Below are positions 23,201-36,800 of a DNA stretch of 64,000 nt, piece after piece. The stretch comes from Ruditapes philippinarum. Its lineage: Eukaryota. The notes beneath the pieces are model-generated. The model was not told where the DNA came from. It did not search any database and worked only from the letters and a program-made list of their open reading frames with translations. The translations under genes and the position numbers were made by a program. The stretch covers positions 1-64,000 of the forward strand of contig NW_026860638.1 in the NCBI RefSeq assembly GCF_026571515.1. Direction: 5' to 3'. How positions within the stretch are numbered: the stretch's first letter is position 1; every line of letters starts with the position of its first letter.

Positions 23201-26200
23201 AATTCAGATGCAGCGTGAACGCGGTTATAAGGAACACTTCTGCTAGGTCCTTATTGATTTTATTATTAACCCTAAAATGTTATGATGATGTAAAGACTCA
23301 ATAATATCTATTTCCGGAAATATGCTATTAGTTATAAGCTACTTGTTGTAACAGATATGTTAGCTATAAATTCAAAGAGTATAAATTACTTATTTCTAAT
23401 ATTAGTTATAAGCTTGTTTGTTTTGGCTTTGCCGCGCAGCAATTCTTTATAGGTCATATGGCGCTGGAACAGGAACGATGACTGACTAAACTCTGTTGTT
23501 ACAAACTTTAAAGAAACTCCAGAGGTCAAAACAAAAACTCACCTACTGGAGCTGAGAGATGAGAGATGCACAGTTATTCGAAACAATTCAATCGCCCCTT
23601 ACAATATTAATTTCCATAAGAAACTTCGGATATTACGTGCACAATGCCGTGGTAATAAAGTTTTAAAGTATATTAAAAATGCAACGTTGGTGGCCGAATA
23701 TTTGTTCGATTACACAACATAAATCACAGACACAGTTTAAGTGTATTGTATGTTCTTCTGAGCAAATAGTTATTATTTAAACAAATTAATGATATTCACG
23801 CTAGATTATTAGATAAATTCTTGTATGTTTTTATAATATGATAGGTGTTTTGTTACTTGTTTATATATAATATACAATAATCAATTAATATAAGATTCCA
23901 ATTACAGATACGTGCAGCAACGAACCTTTGTTGAACACAGGTCCAAACATTGCTCTTCACAAACCGGTAACATTGAGCTCTGAATTTGATGGAAGTCAGC
24001 CATCTCCTGGGAATTTAATGGTAAGATTAAAATTGTTTTGACATCTTGAATCATCTGTCGTAATGTCGATCATATTTCATAACAATGTAAATGAAATATG
24101 TATAATCGATGCTAAGGAGAGATAGCGTTTGAAAAAGGCATTGCTAAGGTGGGTGACACGTCTCATTAAATCAGTGCTAGAAAGGTAACATATTTACAAC
24201 ACCCTCCAGCCAAGTGAACAACCAAAAATTAACACCGATTATGAAATAACTTGATAAAAAAGAAATTAAGGGTAGAATATTACTGGTATCTTATTACCGA
24301 CCACATAAAATAAATAAAAATAGCATTTTTGGTCCTACACCTAACCCAAACTTCACATAGTTAATCCTTGGTAATTTTAACCTCCCGAAATAAATTTAGA
24401 ATCTGACCATATAACGTATCTTTAAGCACGTTGAAACAGAGGATCTGTGTATAACAAATTTCTGGACATCATTGATGATCTAAATCTTTTCAAAATTATC
24501 AATGAAAGTACGCAAAATGACTATATTTTTATGAACTTCTCATTCAAACCTCATTTTTGTTAACAATGTCAAGGTCATACCTGCAATAACATACCATGAC
24601 AACATCTACACAGATACAACTTATAGGCCGTCCCTTCTCAAACATAAGCCTCGTATTTACACTTTGATTAAAAAGGTCAATAGACTGAAATGGAAATATT
24701 CATTAAATAGTGAAAAACATAATTAAAACCTCAACGTCAGAAATATTTCAAAAAGCTAAAACTTGTAGGACTTTTGATCCAGTTCAAATACACACTTGAG
24801 GATGGCATATCAAAATTCATACCAACTTAAAGAATAACGGCTAAACAATTTTTGCTCTGGATAACAAAATCCAGTAAAATGAAAAGCATGACAAATTGGT
24901 AGAATTTATAAATTTAAATCTAAAAAAAGCTAGAAAGCCTACTAACTTAGGAAATATTTTAAATGATGAAATTAATACACATAGTCAGGTTTATACCAAA
25001 GCACAAGACACTTATAAAAAGTCTAAACAAGATTCATCAAAAAGTGTTTCCTTAAAAATCAAAACATGGTTTTTAAAAGTAGCGCTTAAAGAAGTAACAC
25101 TAATGGAGCAAACTCTCTTAACAAACAATTTCAGTCAGTTTCCTTACCAAACATACAACTCTTACTAAGAGACATGCATACAAAAAACATACAAAATCTC
25201 AATTTTTGTCTAAAAGTACCTGACTACCAGTATTTTCCATCTGGATCAGTACAAATATATTTCCTGTCTATAAAACATTGATACCAGTGATCCAGCAATC
25301 TATCGACCAATTTAACTGACACACATCCTCTGGAAAACAGTTGAACACATTGTAGCTTCTTAACTGTCCTCCTATTTAACAACCTAAAGCGTTGTCAATG
25401 ATCTTCAGTGTGTATTTAGAGCAAGTCAGTCATGCAGGAGCAGGACATAGCTCATTGAACAAAATGATTACCTTGTCAAAAACCTTTCAAATGGCAAACG
25501 AACAGATTTTATATTTCTCAACTTTTCTAAAGATTTTGATAAAGTAAGCCATCTCAACTCTTAAATATCCCACAGGAGCATGGACAATGTCCTTAAAATC
25601 TAAAATGGACACAGTCTTTTCTTATAAGCCGAAGGCAGAGAGTAATTTGTGAATGTTGTCTGAAGTGCCTGTTACCTCTGGAGTGCCTAAAGGATCGGTC
25701 CTAGGACCCCTCTACGTGATTCTCTAACTACCTACCCCGTCTTCAAATCTCATGCTGTATACTTGATCATCATTTTCTCTTAAGACATTAACATACACTC
25801 TAACATGATCTAGACCATCTAGTTCAGTATTAGAAGCATCGGGACATGTAATTTAACCCACCAAAGTTTTTCATTTCACCATAAATAATACTATAATTAA
25901 ATACCAACTATAACTCTATGGCAAAGTCATGAAATCGGCTTTTCATGCTAAATATCTCGGACTAGATCTGCTTGCTTACCTTAAATTTAGCACACATATA
26001 CTTAAAATAATTCATGCTAACAGATCCCTTGACTTTGCTCTGATTTCAAAATTGTGAAAGTGAAAGAACTAGCATAGAAGTCCCTGGTCCGGATTCGGGT
26101 TGAATATGTATCAACTACATTAAAACCAATATTGAGATGGACCAGAGACGTGCAATACGATGGTTAATTGGTAAAAATATATTACTCTTTTTGTAGTGCC

Positions 26201-27269
26201 ACAGCCATACAAGATGAACTGGGCTGACGATCACTTAAACATCGCAGACTGACCGGACTGTAGACTCATCATGTTTTAAAACAATTCCATAATATAGTTG
26301 CATTTAGTCTCCCACCATATGTCTAAGCTTCGCATAGGTTAACCAGACATATGTACGTCAACCCTACATCAAATACAGGTTTCTTCTGACTACCATAATT
26401 ACTCATTCTTCTATCATAGCATTGTACTATGGACAAAATTTTCTAGCTACATTGCCTTCCTGCCCAACTTAAGGCAGATTAAACGGGCATTTGTAGGTTT
26501 GGAGAATGAATCTTGCTCCCAGTGATTTTAACTGTTTTATCCGTTTTCCTTCTTTCACTATTAACGTTTTAACCATACTAGAATATTTTTCCAGTCCCAC
26601 ACTCGTGTTGTCTATTTTGTTTTCTTTCACCTAACAATTCGATACGCACTTAATTCCCGCCTATTCTACCCGCAAGAGGGGTTGGCAGTATACAGAGTGA
26701 AATAGAGATATTCACACACTTTGGCACGTGATCAATACAAGCGTATATACGAAGTTCAGCTACCGATATTTTTTATATGATAACGGATTAATAGTTAATT
26801 TATTTTTTTCTTCAAACAAGTCTAAATAAGTTGTGTGCTGATTTATGAGACTATGACTAGAGAAAGGAATAAAGAGACTAGTGAAAGCGAATCTGATGAG
26901 ATATTGAATCCCAAAAAGTAAACAAAGAATTTTGGATTCAGTGAAATATTGAATGAGACACGTGCTAGTTTTTACCATCAGCATTGTGCATTGAAGAGAA
27001 ATGATTAAAAAAGCGCAAATGCAAAAGTATTAAACAACAAGCAGACAAAATGCATGGCTAAAGTAATACACAAGATTTGTTATTATAGGCTGTAACGGAT
27101 ATAAAGAAAAGTTAGGATAGTATGAAGCATATGCTCGCATTGAAAATAGATAAATTCTGGTCTGACGTAATGGAGAACATCAAAAATATAGGTCCTACAT
27201 GACGAGTTGTCAATAAGTTTAAACATATTTTATTTAGCAAATTTACAAGCATGCATAATTTTACACCAC

Positions 27270-27319
<50 letters not shown>

Positions 27320-29177
27320 TGGAAAACAAGCACAACAGTTACTAGTATTTTGATTCATTTCAATGATTGAGTTTCGTCTTTATTATTTCACTCTATATGA
27401 TAAGTGCATGTTTGAAATTTCAATATTAATCTAAATTAACAAAATTTTGATTTGTCAATTGATATCGCCCGAGAGAGTAATCGACTAGAACAAAACACAA
27501 AAGCTGTTCAAACTATGCAATCTCGGATCACAATTGAACATAGAGTACCGCTGAAGCCAGTACTACGGAGCTTGAAAGATGATGCACCTTTTACAATCCC
27601 TCATGTACAGACTCGATCAAACAGAGTCTGTAATTTTCAAGTACTTTTATTGTGATAAATGCTTCCGAGGGATCACACTTTATCAGATTTTTTATACTTC
27701 ACAACAGCAGCTGTAAAGTACTGTGTGGCAGCTGTACAAAGTTGCCCCGTACTTCACTTCAATGTTGGTATATTTTTCTGGTCCATCGGGATCATTGATT
27801 CCAGCTCTTTTGAGTGTTAGAAATTGAGGACATGTGTGTAAAATAAGGTATAATGAACATTCCTATCATTAAAAACCAGTAAATCGTAATAAATTACGGA
27901 AAAGACTGTCGATAATTAATGAGTCTCAGGTCAATATTGCCAAACAATATTCAAACAGTGTTTCACAAACCTTATGTATGCGATAGACATTAAAGAAAGA
28001 CCATGGCAGAAATATAATAATTTATTTATATTGAACACCTTTCTAGTATAAAGTTCAATAAATATTTATGACAGAACATAATACAAAATTAACGTGACAT
28101 TTTGATTTCAATTACAAAATCGTATGGTAGTGTTATAATAGTGTCTATTGTTAGTTAGATGGAAGTCGTGGTGGCATATCTCCATGTACTCATACAGAAC
28201 GCAAAACAAATCCCTACTCCACTAGCTGATCTGTTATATTACTGTAATTTGTTTGGTGGATGAAAGTCGTAGTAGTATATTTCCATGTGCTCACAAAAAA
28301 CGCGAAACCAATCCCTACGCTGTTAGTTGATCTGTTTTAATATTGTTTATTGTTAGGTGGATGGAAGTCGTAGTGGTATATTTCCATGTGCTCACACAGT
28401 GCGTGAAACAGATCCCTACGCCATAGTTGATCTGCTTCAGACGTTTCAGATCAGTTCCATGTATATTGTCAACCGTTCAGACTGCTGTGGTAAGTAGTTG
28501 TGGGTATATTAAAATTTTCCTTGCTGTCATCGACACTGATGAGCCTTTGCTACAAGTAAAGAGCCAGGCCAACCATCCATTTAGGCTTGCCAGCCTCTGA
28601 ACCATTGGTAGCTCAGTTTTTGTATTGTTATTTTAATATTCCTAAAACATTAAAAATTGACTGATTACAATTCTAAGCAGGATTAATCCATAAAACATGT
28701 TAATTTAGTAGGTTAAAAGTGTATCATCTTTGCAATGTTATATATATATCTACTGCATGTATCAAGAACACACACGCGCACGCACGCACACACACAAACG
28801 TGTATGCTGAAGAAAGTAACAAAATGGATCAAACTTATCATATATAGTTTTGCAGTGTTGCTAAAATATAAACTTTGATGTTTCTAAGACATACAATTTA
28901 AAACGGCAACCCGCATTTTATGTTTCGTCAGTCAATGCATTTTATATAATAAAACACATTTTAAACTCTATTTACAGGTGAGCGACTGCGACAACTCGTT
29001 ATTAAGGTAGGCGACAATTTGACCAGACTTAAACCAGTGTTTAACCATACTGCCGTTATTGGTGCAACCTGCACGATCTTATTTGATGAACAACACCAAG
29101 GACGTTACGTCAAGTTGTATATTGAAGGACTTAGTTCTCTGGCGGTGTGTGAACTAGAAGTCTACAGTAGCGGATAA
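20300..29177 (+). CDS. Secreted PAN/apple + F-type lectin protein, paralogue 2; 5 exons, ~254 aa
   Basis: Exons 20300-20497, 21691-21811, 23908-24020, 28357-28489, 28978-29177 (765 nt), with the same intron phases as paralogue 1. Motifs CGALCDEK-ECKSFIY...CTVY, NIALHKPVTLSS, CAHT-...-NRSDCCGERL (H-X26-RXD-X4-R), GRYVKL, LAVCELEVY. Confidence 0.88.
22141..22225 (+). repeat. Degenerate tRNA-like/SINE head fragment
   Basis: A-box-like tagtcaagggg and B-box-like ggttcaaatccc followed by a T-run. No intact cloverleaf. Confidence 0.35.
24270..26710 (+). mobile_element. Degenerate CR1/L2-group LINE (endonuclease + RT remnants) in intron 3 of paralogue 2
   Basis: Remnants YYRP (~24292), GNFNLP (~24370), DFDKVSH (~25532), VTSGVPKGSVLGP (~25671), AKYLG (~25947), with many stops and frameshifts. 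Confidence 0.8.
27271..27314. repeat. (TA)n microsatellite
   Basis: Perfect TA run. Confidence 0.95.
28140..28440 (+). repeat. Three 101-bp tandem copies of the intron 3 acceptor + 5' half of exon 4 (two pseudo-exons, then the real exon)
   Basis: Exon-start equivalents at 28155, 28256 and 28357. Copies 1 and 2 run into TGA at 28227 and 28328. Confidence 0.9.
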
Positions 29178-29660
29178 ATTATCAACAAGCAATTTGACCT
29201 ATGTGTTACTTGGATATCTTAACATATATGATATAATTGCTATATTAATAATTGAACTATAAGTCTACATTGGCAGATAAATGCTCAATAAGCAACCTGA
29301 CCTCTGTGTTACTTAGATATCTTTACATATATGATATAATTGCTTTATTATTTGAACTATAAGTCTACAGTAGCGGATAAATGCTCAATAAGCAACCTGA
29401 CCTGAGTGTTACTTGGATATCTAAACATATATTATGTACTTGCTATATTATTTGAACTTTAAGTCTACAGTGGCGGATAAATGCTCAACAAGCAATCTGA
29501 CCTATGTGTTACTTTGATATCTTAAACATATATATGATATACTTGCTAAATTATTTGAACTATAAGTCAACAGTGGCGGATAAATGCTCAACAAGCAATC
29601 TGACCTATGTGTTACTTGGATATCTTAAACATATAAATGATATACTTGCTAAATTAATTG
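29151..29660 (+). repeat. Five ~100-103-bp tandem copies of the last codons, stop and proximal 3' UTR of paralogue 2
   Basis: Units gaacta..aagtctacag.agcggataaat start at 29151, 29254, 29354, 29454, 29557. Confidence 0.92.
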
Positions 29661-30019
29661 AGATTTTCACTGATTCAAATTAGAGTTGTTGTGGCATACT
29701 CTGTTGTCTGTTCGACCTAATAGATGCAGAAATTTTATGATTTTCTAGAACAGACCACGTGTACTCCTCTTTAATCAAAGACAAGTTCAAAATCGGGTCG
29801 AGCTTTTTCTCATTCAGGCTATATCCCAACGTACTTTTCGCCGGCAAATTGTATACCTGATAACAATAACTCTCAAGAGGCATGTTCTTTTTACCGTTAC
29901 ATTATTAAATAACGTTATTCGCAAGGAAAATGTAATGCATTTTATATATTCTTTCTGCTTACAGCTACGTTATTAAATCACCTTGTTAAATTAAAATAAG
30001 TATAGTTAGTTACATGCCT

Positions 30020-31710
30020 ATGCCCCCGAGCATATAATAATTTAACCGTCTGTCCATCAGTCCGCCCGTCCGTCTGTCCGTAAGAGGCTAAGCTGAGCCA
30101 AACAATTGGATTTATCTTATATTCTACATATACCACTTGCTTCATTTGCCCTTTCAGCACTTTGAAAATGGATATGATCTTAGACTACCGAAATCGGAAA
30201 GTTCGATTGTTTTTTTAGTTCTTTCTTTTCTTATGGCTTCATAATTTCCAGTTTTTCACACATTCTTATCAATTCAAAGTACATTAAATTGCCAAGTTAT
30301 TTTACTGAGCTAGTTGTTTTCCATTTTCATCGTCTAGAATGGTTAACATATTCCGGCAAATTGAATTTATATCAAATTTCTCTTTATTTCTTCATTTATT
30401 TTAATGATGTCTTCAATATTTTGATATTTTGTGGTTGGATATCTGAAACGTTTTGTGGAGTAACGGGTTACAAGGGTCAAGGTAATGGGTGTAATTTTTT
30501 ACATTTTTCCTACTGCTTTTTATTATAGTTTTTCCTCTGGCGGTCGGGCGTTCGGCCTCCAATTTTGTCCGGATCATATCTCCCACACGCATGGACGTAT
30601 GTTAATGTAATTTCATAGAAATTGTCATCACTGTAAGAAGTTATGTCGCGCACACAAACCAGGTCTCTAGGTCAAAGATCAAGGTAACACTTAGAAGTCA
30701 TTGAAATAGGTTTGTCCGGAGCGAAAACTTTACTTGCATAGAGGGATTTTATAGGGGGTCATACATAGGGGTCAAAGTTAAAATATGAAAATGTGTATTG
30801 GACCATTTAGTCGTCATTTATTGAGAGATTGAAACAAAAATGGTCATCAACATGACAACGATTGCGAAATATGTAATTTAAGTTAATATATGCAAGTTTA
30901 AGATGATAAAATATAGAGATTTTGTCCATTGCATAACTCTTACATGGTGGGATTCTACTGAAACTTCATGGAAATGTTCACCACTATAAGAAATTATGTC
31001 GCGCGCATGATTCAGGTCTATAGGTCAAAGATCAAGGCCATACTTGGAAGTCATTGAGAAACGCTTGTCCAGTGCAAAACTTCTACGTCTATAGAGGGAT
31101 TTCCATATAATTTGCCAAATAAATTTCCATTGTAAGGCAGTGTCGAAAATCAGGTCACTGTATCCAATGTCAAGGTCACACATAGGGGTCAAAGTTCAGA
31201 TAAAAATATGATATTGTGTATTCGGATCATTAAGTTATCATTTATTAAGGGATTGAAACATATTATCATGACTACGGTTGTGAAATAGGTAATTTAGGTT
31301 AATATATGCAAGGTCACTAAAGATGTTAAAATATAGAGATTTTGTCCAGAGCATATCTCCTACATATATAAAATTTCATAGAAATGTTCATCACTATGAG
31401 AAGCAGTGTCATGCGCATGAACCAGGTCTCTAGTGCAAAGGTCATGGTAATACTTAGAGGGCAATAAAAACATGTTCGTTCGAAGCCAAAATTCTATATT
31501 CATCGGGAGATTTTAATGTAACTTGGCACAAATGTTTACCATTCTGAAGCTAGGAATTGTGCACATAATCCAGGTCCCTGCTATCAAAGTCAAGATCACA
31601 TAGAAGGGCCAAAGTTAAGATAAAAATAGAAGATGTAGACAGGGACCATTTAGACACCATTTATTTATGGATTGTAACACAAATGATAACTATCATGACT
31701 TGAGGTGAGG
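30020..31710. mobile_element. HINE/pearl-like (non-autonomous rolling-circle-type) repeat with GTCC microsatellite and internal tandem repeats
   Basis: (gtcc/gtct) tract at 30046-30080 and recurring ~360-410-bp blocks (caggtctctaggtcaaagatcaaggt..cacttagaagtca at ~30660, ~31013, ~31423). Boundaries are approximate. Confidence 0.55.
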
Positions 31711-31945
31711 GTTACAGGGTCAATAAGAAGGGCACTGTACATGTAAATGTATATACTGCTAGGATCCTGTGAACCAAACGCCATTCCTTAATGGAGTACA
31801 CTTTAAGCACACAATACATACATGCCATGCCCGTAAGAGTACTCAGCATGGGTATTTCTTCTATAAGGCTATATATAAACATATAATTATGTAACAAAGT
31901 ATGGTATAACATTTTATTATACAAAGTCATAGATGAATTGCTAAA

Positions 31946-32175
31946 TGTTTGTTTGTTTTTTTGGGTTTTACGTCACATCGACACAGTATAGGTCATATCG
32001 CGACGTTCCAGCTTTACTGGTGGAGGAAGACCTCAGGTGCCCTTCCGTGCATTATTTCAGGCACGAACGGGTACCTGAGTAGAACCACCGACGTTCCGTA
32101 AGCTAGCTGGATAGCTTCCTCACATGAAAGAATCCAAAGTCCCTGTCGGGATTCGAACCCACAGAGGTGAGGGGA
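31946..32175 (-). mobile_element. 5'-truncated tRNA-derived SINE resembling molluscan Meta-type SINEs
   Basis: The - strand has a B box GGTTCGAATCCC, body gaggaagctatccagctagcttacggaacgtcggtggttctac...gtcttcctccacca, and an (AAAC)n tail. Family assignment is from memory. Confidence 0.75.
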
Positions 32176-33417
32176 ATTGCTAAATATTACATTTTAAGTT
32201 ATTATAATTTTCTAACATTCCTTTCCATTACCAATGATAGATGTATTTATATACATGTATTTCATTTAACTATTCACCATTTACACATTTTTGTCATGGT
32301 TTTTGAAACAATTCATATTGATGATTCTGTCTATCTATGTGTTTTTTCTGTTTAGATCTTGCATATATGAAAGATTATGCATTCATGAAACACAACAGAT
32401 AATTACAATAGAGACATACATGTATCTTTAGGAATACAACTACATGTAGTCACAGACATATTATTTCGAATTAGATATTTTGGAATCCAAGGGAAACAAA
32501 CACGAGGAAAATGTTTTCAAAGCTTGTTAGAGTAGTGTATCCTATTTTTGTACATCTCACTATTTTAACATATACTTTGTTTATTATATTTAAAAATTTA
32601 TTGTTAACTAAAGCCAATATTTATTCATATGTTTATAAACAAAACAAATAATTATGAGGTATAATGACTTTGAAAAAATAAGGTTTCTTCTCCTTATTTT
32701 TCTAGGATTTTCAATATAAGCAACTAGTATACATGTATTCATATAATAACATATGCTTTCTCTATAATATTTTTACGATTTATGTCAAATAACATCAAAT
32801 TAAATCGTAAAACAAGCAAATGATGTTTGATTGAGTACATATCAGTTGATACCGTTTTACATATTCATTTTTCTAAGACATTTGTATCATCAGCGCTTTC
32901 ATAAGCTACATGTATTTGTTGAAATATGTTAAGGCATGTTATTATATGACCTTATTTTGATGTCGTTGTATGTTAACAATTAGTACACATATGCCAGATT
33001 GAGTATGATATGCAATTTCGGAAAATATTTTGGACTCTGGAAATGAATCATAAGTCTTAATAACTCAATTACTAAGATTGGGTCTGATTTCTGTTTTCTC
33101 CTGGTGCGAATGCTGAAAATATAATAGAATCTAGTTATATTTATAAGGTGTGAAATAAAAATATTTTATATGATTATATATAATTATATATATAGATGTA
33201 TGACATGTTATATGCCTCGGTAAAGACTGTTTTAAGTTATATAACCCGAAAAGCTAAGCCACATAATATGTTTGACATTACAACGGATTAACTTTTAACG
33301 AAAATTTGTCCTCGCTAAAACAAAACTAATTTTGGGGTTTTCTAGGACAGAAAGCAGGCATTTCTTTAAAATAAACATACCAAACTAAACATTTCTTTGA
33401 ATGCAATGACGGAACTC

Positions 33418-33870
33418 GGGCATTTCTATGATAGAAAAATAGACATTTCTATGACTTTGGATAGAAATATGATTTCTATTAGAATAATAAGGCATTTTTG
33501 GCATAAAACATATACATTTCTATGGTCTTAACCAGACATTTCTGTGATAGAAATAATACATTTCTATGATATAAATCAGATATTTCTATGACAGAAATAA
33601 GACATTTCTGTGATATAAATCAGATATTTCTATGACAGAAATAAGACATTTCTGTGATAGAAAAAAGACATTTCTATGATATAAATCAGAAATTTCTATG
33701 AAAGAAGTCAGACTTTTCTATGATATAAATCAGAAATTTCTATGAAAGAAGTCAGACTTTTCTATGATATAAATCAGACATTTCTATGATTTAAATCTGA
33801 CATTTCTATTATCTAAATGTGACATTTCTGCGACATCGATTAGATATTATTATGACCTAAATTAGATATT
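33418..33870. repeat. 22-bp minisatellite (gacatttctatgatagaaatca-like)
   Basis: About 20 units with period 22 (e.g. 33671, 33693, 33715). Degenerate relatives at ~39350-39425, 40260-40910, 42415-42750 and 50030-50640. Confidence 0.9.
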
Positions 33871-36800
33871 ATTCGTCAGTCAACCCTTAAAACGATTTAA
33901 ATCTCCGACTTCCTTGAATAAGCACCGAAAAATAACATTCCTTAGTTTTCTTCAAATCTTTCTAATTTTTACATCGCTTTCACTTGTGTTTTAAAGCAGC
34001 ACGGCTCGAGATTCATGTTAATATTCATATAATTTTTCGAAATGTTTTTAAAAGTAAAATAATGTGAGGTAAACAAATAAAGCAATTTACATATTGCAAA
34101 TGCACTAAAGTCTTACAATCCACGAAAATTATAAAAAGGTGGTCAACATATGCAAAAACCGCTAACGCAGTAGAAACATAGCGATAAAATAATCCTGCAA
34201 ACCGTGTTAAACCGCACATAATATGTAAAATATAACTTTGATCTTGAATGTTCTTACCTTTTTTTCATGTTTAGTTCATTTTTCTCATTATTCATTTCCA
34301 TGAAATATTTTGGATCATCTGGTGGCGTGCTGCTTTAAGGTGTTAAAATGTATATTTATTTATTAGAACTTATTACAAATAAATAACTTGATACCTGCTC
34401 ACATTCTATATATTTTTTATGGTTATACAGAAAATACATATGGCCGATGTTTTGTTTTTAAGAAAATTGCTTATTTTTTCCGCACCATGAATGCCTGGCA
34501 CCTACCCATCTCCCCTTTCCACACTCTCTATCAAATATTATACAAAAAAACGAACAAAAAAAGAGTCGGCAACAACATCAGAAAAAAGCTATTTGTGTGA
34601 TAACTAAAACGATATTTGTGTGACAACTAAAATATATGTGTGTCAACTAATCTTCTACAAAACAGATGTTATTGTACTAACTTATCTTCAACAAAATATA
34701 TAAATGTGATGTGACAACTAATCATCAACAAAATAAAATATATTTATGTTTTAACGGATCAATTCAGTTTTCATGTTATTAAAAAAACTCATGACAATAC
34801 ATCTTTTTTATTTCGTTATTTATTACAAAAACATTAAAATCGTATACAAGTATGAAATGAAGTTTTAAACATGACACATATCAAGGCACATAAATTCCTC
34901 TACTAGTTAATAGACTCTCATTATTGAAGATATGAGATTGTAGACAAAATAAACTCCAAAATAAACCTCTTATCATTAAAATAAAACACGTTTAACCTAC
35001 ATTTGAAAGTTGTTTTCTTCCAGGAATAAAGATATTGTAGTAAACTGCTACATTTATTTCCCCGGTTACATAACTTCTCACAGAACATCTGGCTTTTATT
35101 GGCTTCATTTTCTGTGAGACTTTTCCAAGGCTTGGGTGTTAATAACAAACTACGGAATTCGGTTAGTGCTATATTGAATGTCATTTTTCGCCATGTAAAA
35201 GCAACGCTCGACAAACAAAACGCGATGCAGGACATGACGCTTAACACTGCATTTCGACATATGACGAGATGAAATGTCTTAATTATGATATCTACTAAAG
35301 TGATCAAAGAAAAAAAATGCAAATTTTAAAAGTCGTTACATAAAACACGTGCCTTGCAAAATGTCGTGTTGTATTAAGATATCGTGCGACGTACACATTT
35401 TCCAATGAACATTATCATGCTCGTTTAACGCATTGGGATGTATTGTTATCGAATTTTTTTATCAATGATACGCGATCAAGTCTGACAAACCAGACATCAG
35501 TTCAAGTCATACTCTGTGAAAATGTATATGTAAATATATAGGTAAATACGGGAGTCGGATGACATGGTATGTTCAATTTTTGCCATCTTCGTATGCGGAT
35601 TTCTTTGGTAAAATCAAGCGTATGCTATCAACTTTTTCATCATCATGACCATTTTAACGAACTTCTGTATCTGAAGAGCTATATTATACAAGAATTTTGA
35701 TTGAAGATGACAACAATGTTTAATAAGAAGAAGAATTTTGGCAAAAGTTACAACATATACGTGGTTTAGTCTTAGTAAATAATAGTCTAGAGTTCCTTCC
35801 CCTTACTTAATGTTATAGTAGTAAATGTAGGCAGGGAACCAGAAAAAGTAAACTATTGCAACCGATGTTCCATAAGCGTCACTATTTTGTTTTTTAAGTT
35901 CAAACCTTGGTTTCTTAAATGTATATACTGTAGAGATATTAGCTATATAGGTTGGTATGTCTTTAAAAGTTTAGTAACGATAGCAACAGTATGCTGGGAT
36001 TGATAATAACAACAACACAAATACAGATAATGCTAAAACAGGCAAACAATAGTTGCAACAAATCATGTCAATCATAAAGTAAACGTGTTTTTTTGAAGTA
36101 GAAAAAGGGAAAGATTTGAAAAATTTCATTCACGGTTACATATCGTTCGAAATGGAATAAAAGATTTTCTGTGAAGGAATAAAACCAATGCAAGATATGC
36201 AAATGTTCATTGTTGCAATAATAGCATGAATTAAGCCAAGTTTGTTTAAGGCTTATAAAAGGCAAAATAATAAGTTGTAATAATAAACTGAGGCTAGAAA
36301 ATGTTTACTTTTGCGAGTTATTTCCCCAAATGCCTTATCTTATCGAAAATGTTCACGAGAGCTTTAATTAGTAGAAATACAGTAAGTTGGTTCTTTACAA
36401 TTTAATGTAAAACAGACGTAAATCTAATCTTTTGCATCAATCCTTATCCCCCCACTGATACGTAAATGAACAGAACCGTAGAACAGAGCTTTATCTTTAA
36501 TCATGTAATCACAGAGGAGTTTTTTTGGCAATTTAACGTTAAGTGTGTAATAATTTTCCTCTCTCATTTTCAATAAGTTTAAAGAGCTCAACCGAGGTCA
36601 AAAAGCAAAAAAAGAGAAGAAATTCTTCCATAAATCGAGTGAAGAAAATGAATTGGTAAAAGATATAAAGAAACTTTCTCAGAATTACAATGAATATCGA
36701 TTTTAAGCTGGTTTAGAGCGGACAATGTTGCGACACTTTTCATTTTTGAGTGATTTTTAGCGAAAAATCTTAAACATTTGCACATAAGTTTTTGATCAGG

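Noticed and set aside
29151-29660. CRISPR-like array (also the 22-bp, 30-bp and 33-bp repeats)
   Set aside because: Contiguous tandem units with no unique spacers, eukaryotic context and no cas genes.
33690-33750. STAT (TTCN3GAA) sites in the satellite
   Set aside because: Only two variant monomers match, which is expected by chance from the AT-rich palindromic unit.
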